DNA of 64,000 nucleotides from an uncultured Candidatus Rokubacteria bacterium. GTDB lineage: Bacteria; Methylomirabilota; Methylomirabilia; Rokubacteriales; DASRDR01. The translations under genes and the position numbers were made by a program. Of this stretch, positions 60,984 to 64,000 are shown piece after piece (positions within the stretch are counted from its first letter, which is position 1; every line of letters starts with the position of its first letter). The DNA lies in contig CAWDVE010000010.1 in NCBI GenBank assembly GCA_963805625.1, positions 2,048,001 through 2,112,000 on the forward strand, written 5' to 3'. The notes under the pieces are model-generated. The model made no database searches and was not told the origin of the DNA. It was given only the letters and a program-made list of their open reading frames with translations.

Positions 60984-62344
60984 ACGGAAGACGCCTCGTC
61001 ACCGGAGCCATCCTCGCCGTCACCGGGCTGTCGGCCGGGGCAGCGCTGGCCTTCTGTGGCTTCTACGTGGCCAAGGCCGACACGAAGCTGTTCAACCGGG
61101 CGTCCCAGGTCGTGCTCGCCCGCCACGAGGACAAGACCGTCCTCACGATGGCCAACGACTTCCGCGGTGATCCGCGGGAGTTCGCCATCGTCATCCCGGT
61201 GCCGACGGTCCTCGAGAAGGACCAGATCCGGGTGGGAGACCGCGCGCTGGTCGAGCACGTCGACGCGTACTCCTCCCCCCGTCTCGTGGAGTACTTCGAC
61301 ACGAATCCCTGCGAGCGCCAGGTCCCGAGAGCAGCTGCGCCGGCGGGCAAGGTGGACACCGCGGCCAGCGGCGCCGGCCGGCGGCCCGGCGACAGCCTCG
61401 GGGTCAAGATCGAGGCGCAGTACACGATCGGCGAGTACGACATCCTCATCCTGTCGGCGACCCAGAGCGCCGGCCTCGAGACCTGGCTTCGCGACAACGG
61501 CTATCGCATCCCGGCGGGTGCGAGCGCGGTGCTCGGGAGCTACATCAAGCAGAACCTGAAGTTCTTCGTCGCTCGGGTGAACCTGACGGAACAGGCCCGG
61601 CTCGGCTACACGTATCTCCGTCCCCTCCAGATGGCCTTCGAGTCGCCCAAATTCATGCTGCCGATCCGGCTCGGGACGGTCAACGCCGACGGACCCCAGG
61701 AGCTGTTCGTCTTCACGCTGACCCGCAAGGGTCGGGTCGAGACGACCAACTACCGGACCGTGCGACTGCCCACCGGGATGGAGCTGCCGCTCCACGTGAA
61801 GGAGGAGTTCGGCCCCTTCTACCAGGCGCTGTTCGCGACGCAGGTGAAGAAGGAGGACATGCGCGCGGTTTTCCTCGAGTACGCGTGGGACATGGGATGG
61901 TGCGATCCCTGCGCCGCCGACCCGCTATCGACCAAGGAGCTGCGCGATCTGGGCGCTTTCTGGGTGGACGAGGCCGTGCCGGGACCGGGATCCATGCCGC
62001 CGCGCCGGCCGATCCCGCCGCAGGGGCAGGCGGTCTTCATCACGCGGCTCCATCTCCGGTACGATGCCGACCACTTCCCGGACGATCTCGTGTTCCAGGA
62101 GACAGCCGATCGCACAAACTTCCAGGGCCGATACGTCCTGCGCCACCCGTGGACGGGGAGCGACGAGTGCCCGGAGGCGCGGCCATACCGCGAGCAGGTC
62201 GCGCAGCGCCGGGAGAAGGAGGCGCAGACCCTGGCCGCGCTCACCGGCTGGAGCATCGACGACATCCGCCGGAAAATGAGCCTCGGCCCCGCCGCGCCCA
62301 AGCCGGACGAGCGCAAGTGGTGGCAGAAGCTCTGGGGCAACTGA
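60980..62344 (+). CDS. DUF2330-like exported protein
   Basis: Signal peptide then 'AFCGFYV', 'FAIVIPVP', 'ETWLRDNGY', 'FMLPIRLG', 'CDPC'. Confidence 0.85.
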   Translation: MNGRRLVTGAILAVTGLSAGAALAFCGFYVAKADTKLFNRASQVVLARHEDKTVLTMANDFRGDPREFAIVIPVPTVLEKDQIRVGDRALVEHVDAYSSPRLVEYFDTNPCERQVPRAAAPAGKVDTAASGAGRRPGDSLGVKIEAQYTIGEYDILILSATQSAGLETWLRDNGYRIPAGASAVLGSYIKQNLKFFVARVNLTEQARLGYTYLRPLQMAFESPKFMLPIRLGTVNADGPQELFVFTLTRKGRVETTNYRTVRLPTGMELPLHVKEEFGPFYQALFATQVKKEDMRAVFLEYAWDMGWCDPCAADPLSTKELRDLGAFWVDEAVPGPGSMPPRRPIPPQGQAVFITRLHLRYDADHFPDDLVFQETADRTNFQGRYVLRHPWTGSDECPEARPYREQVAQRREKEAQTLAALTGWSIDDIRRKMSLGPAAPKPDERKWWQKLWGN

Positions 62345-62744
62345 GACCTCGCGAGGGTGGCGCTCACCGCAGGACCCAGCCTCGATCGTCGCGATTTCGC
62401 CGGACCGAGCGGGCGCCAGCCGAGCGCCTCGGGACGCTCGAGCAGGTCGCGTGCCTGGGGCACCACCGCTCCACTCGGCGGCGGAGCGCGGGCACGCCGA
62501 CGTCGTGAAGGTCCGGGCGGGGCACGTCCACTAGATAGCGGAGACGCTGCGACAACTCTTTCCGGGCGCCCGTGTTCACAGGGCGACCGCCATCCCCGCG
62601 GTCTCCCCGTCTGGCGTTGAAGCAGGGCCGCTTGCAGCGGCCTGGTGCGTTCCGCCCGGGCATGGCAGGCTGGGCTTCCACTGGGGGCCGGTCGTTTCGC
62701 CGGTGAAGCCGATGGGCCACACACCAGCGCAACACGGAGGATCC

Positions 62745-63824
62745 ATGGACGCTCGTCACGCAGACGGCGACTGGACGGTCTCGGCCCATGCGAACGCGCT
62801 TCACCGGGAGGCGGTCATCATCGACGGCCAGGGGGTCGCGCTCCTGCTCCCGGTCGTCCTGATTCCGCCGGCTCCCCTCGACGGGAAGACCTTCCTGGAA
62901 CGCGCCGCCGCGTCTGGCGTGTCGGCGATGAACACAACTCTGGGGCTGGGCGGGATCGCTACCGGCCCCGACGACCTCCGGAGCCTCCTGACCTCGATCT
63001 ACGGCTACCTCTGCTACTTCGAGCTGGAGCCCACCCGCGTGCTCCACGTCCTCACCGCCGACGACGTCGAGCGGGCCAAGCGGGAAGGCAAGCTCGGGAT
63101 CATCTTCGGCGTGCAGGGGCTGGCGTCCAAGATCGACGACGACCTGACCTTGCTCCGGATCCTCCACCGCCTGGGCCTTCGGGTAGCCCAGCTGACCCAC
63201 AACGAGCGCAACGCCTTCGGGTGCGGATGCCTGGAAACCCCGGACACCGGCCTCACCCAGCTCGGCCGGGCTTGCGTGGCCGAACTGAACCACCTGGGGA
63301 TCCTCGTCGACCTGGCCCACGCCGGGCCCCGGACGGCCCGCGAGGCGATCGAGCTCTCGACCCGCCCCTGCGTCATCTCCCACGCCAACGCCCGTGCCCT
63401 CCGCGACAATCCCCGGAACGTCCCGGACGAGGTGCTTCGGGTGCTGGGCGCCCGGGGCGGCGTCCTCGGCGTCACCGCCTACGCGCCGTTCTGCGAGACC
63501 AAGCCCGGCGTCCGTCCGGCGCTCGACGACCTCGTCGACCACATCGAGCACGTCGGCAACATGATCGGTTTCGATCATGTCGGGGTCGGCTCCGACTTCT
63601 TCGAGAGCGAGTCGGAGATCCGCTTCGCCCGCTTCACCCGCAGCTACCCGGCTGCGACGGGCGTGTACACGTCGCCCGCCACGGTGTATGTGGAGGGCTT
63701 CGAACGGATCGACCGCTTCCCGCGGCTCACCGAGGCGCTGGTGCGGCGCCGGTTCTCAGACCAGGATGTCCTGAAAGTGCTCGGGGGCAACTTCCTCCGC
63801 GTGTTTCACCAGGCCTGGCGGTGA
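62745..63824 (+). CDS. Membrane dipeptidase (M19) family protein
   Basis: 'QLTHNERN', 'VDLAH', 'ISHAN', 'RNVPDE', 'DHVGVGSDF', 'GGNFLRVF'; SD GGAGG. Confidence 0.9.
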   Translation: MDARHADGDWTVSAHANALHREAVIIDGQGVALLLPVVLIPPAPLDGKTFLERAAASGVSAMNTTLGLGGIATGPDDLRSLLTSIYGYLCYFELEPTRVLHVLTADDVERAKREGKLGIIFGVQGLASKIDDDLTLLRILHRLGLRVAQLTHNERNAFGCGCLETPDTGLTQLGRACVAELNHLGILVDLAHAGPRTAREAIELSTRPCVISHANARALRDNPRNVPDEVLRVLGARGGVLGVTAYAPFCETKPGVRPALDDLVDHIEHVGNMIGFDHVGVGSDFFESESEIRFARFTRSYPAATGVYTSPATVYVEGFERIDRFPRLTEALVRRRFSDQDVLKVLGGNFLRVFHQAWR

Positions 63825-64000
63825 GCCCGCGCCCGGTGCTCCGCACGCCGCCCCCGGCGTGAGGAGCCACAACGGTTGTCCGAGGTGCCCAGGTTTGCTA
63901 GTGTGGCCCCTCACGAGCTGCACCGATCCTGAACTTGACCGCCGGCACTCCTCCAGCGCGCCGCCGGCGCCCTGGCGCGCCGGGATGAGGAGGTAAGCCG

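Noticed and set aside
1-64000. tRNA, rRNA, CRISPR arrays, intact transposases or phage structural genes
   Set aside because: None recognised on either strand by eye

Overview
High-GC (about 70% by eye) bacterial DNA. The expanded cyclase-AAA-TPR and sigma54-fusion proteins, LLM oxidoreductase and many ABC binding proteins suggest a Candidatus Rokubacteria/Methylomirabilota-like soil organism (inference, not tested). No rRNA, tRNA or CRISPR array was seen. 1-22 kb holds three ABC-importer/catabolic clusters. 22-30 kb is an accessory module bounded by IS256 and SNF2-helicase debris: a signal-less Zn-metallopeptidase converging on a PAP2/vanadium-haloperoxidase-family enzyme that starts with a translated (Met-Gly)15 tract, next to a cyclase-NTPase-TPR gene. 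33-41 kb is a sigma54 activator fused to an NTPase-TPR, divergent from a sigma54 promoter and exported-protein genes. 41-57 kb is a co-oriented cluster of HEAT-repeat membrane proteins, a roughly 2600-aa polytopic membrane protein and a tight PspA(ESCRT-III)-AAA+ ATPase-Hsp70 triad. 57-64 kb carries CsgG/DUF4810/DUF799, RnfD-like/DUF2330 and an M19 dipeptidase. Four single-base frameshifts in otherwise intact genes suggest assembly indels. Intergenic space is littered with gene remnants (IS481, IS256, IS110, serine recombinase, gpsA, cyclase-TPR). The best candidates for an undescribed system are the PspA-AAA-Hsp70/giant membrane protein locus and the (MG)15-haloperoxidase/protease/cyclase locus. 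All family calls come from motif recognition by eye; no database search was run.
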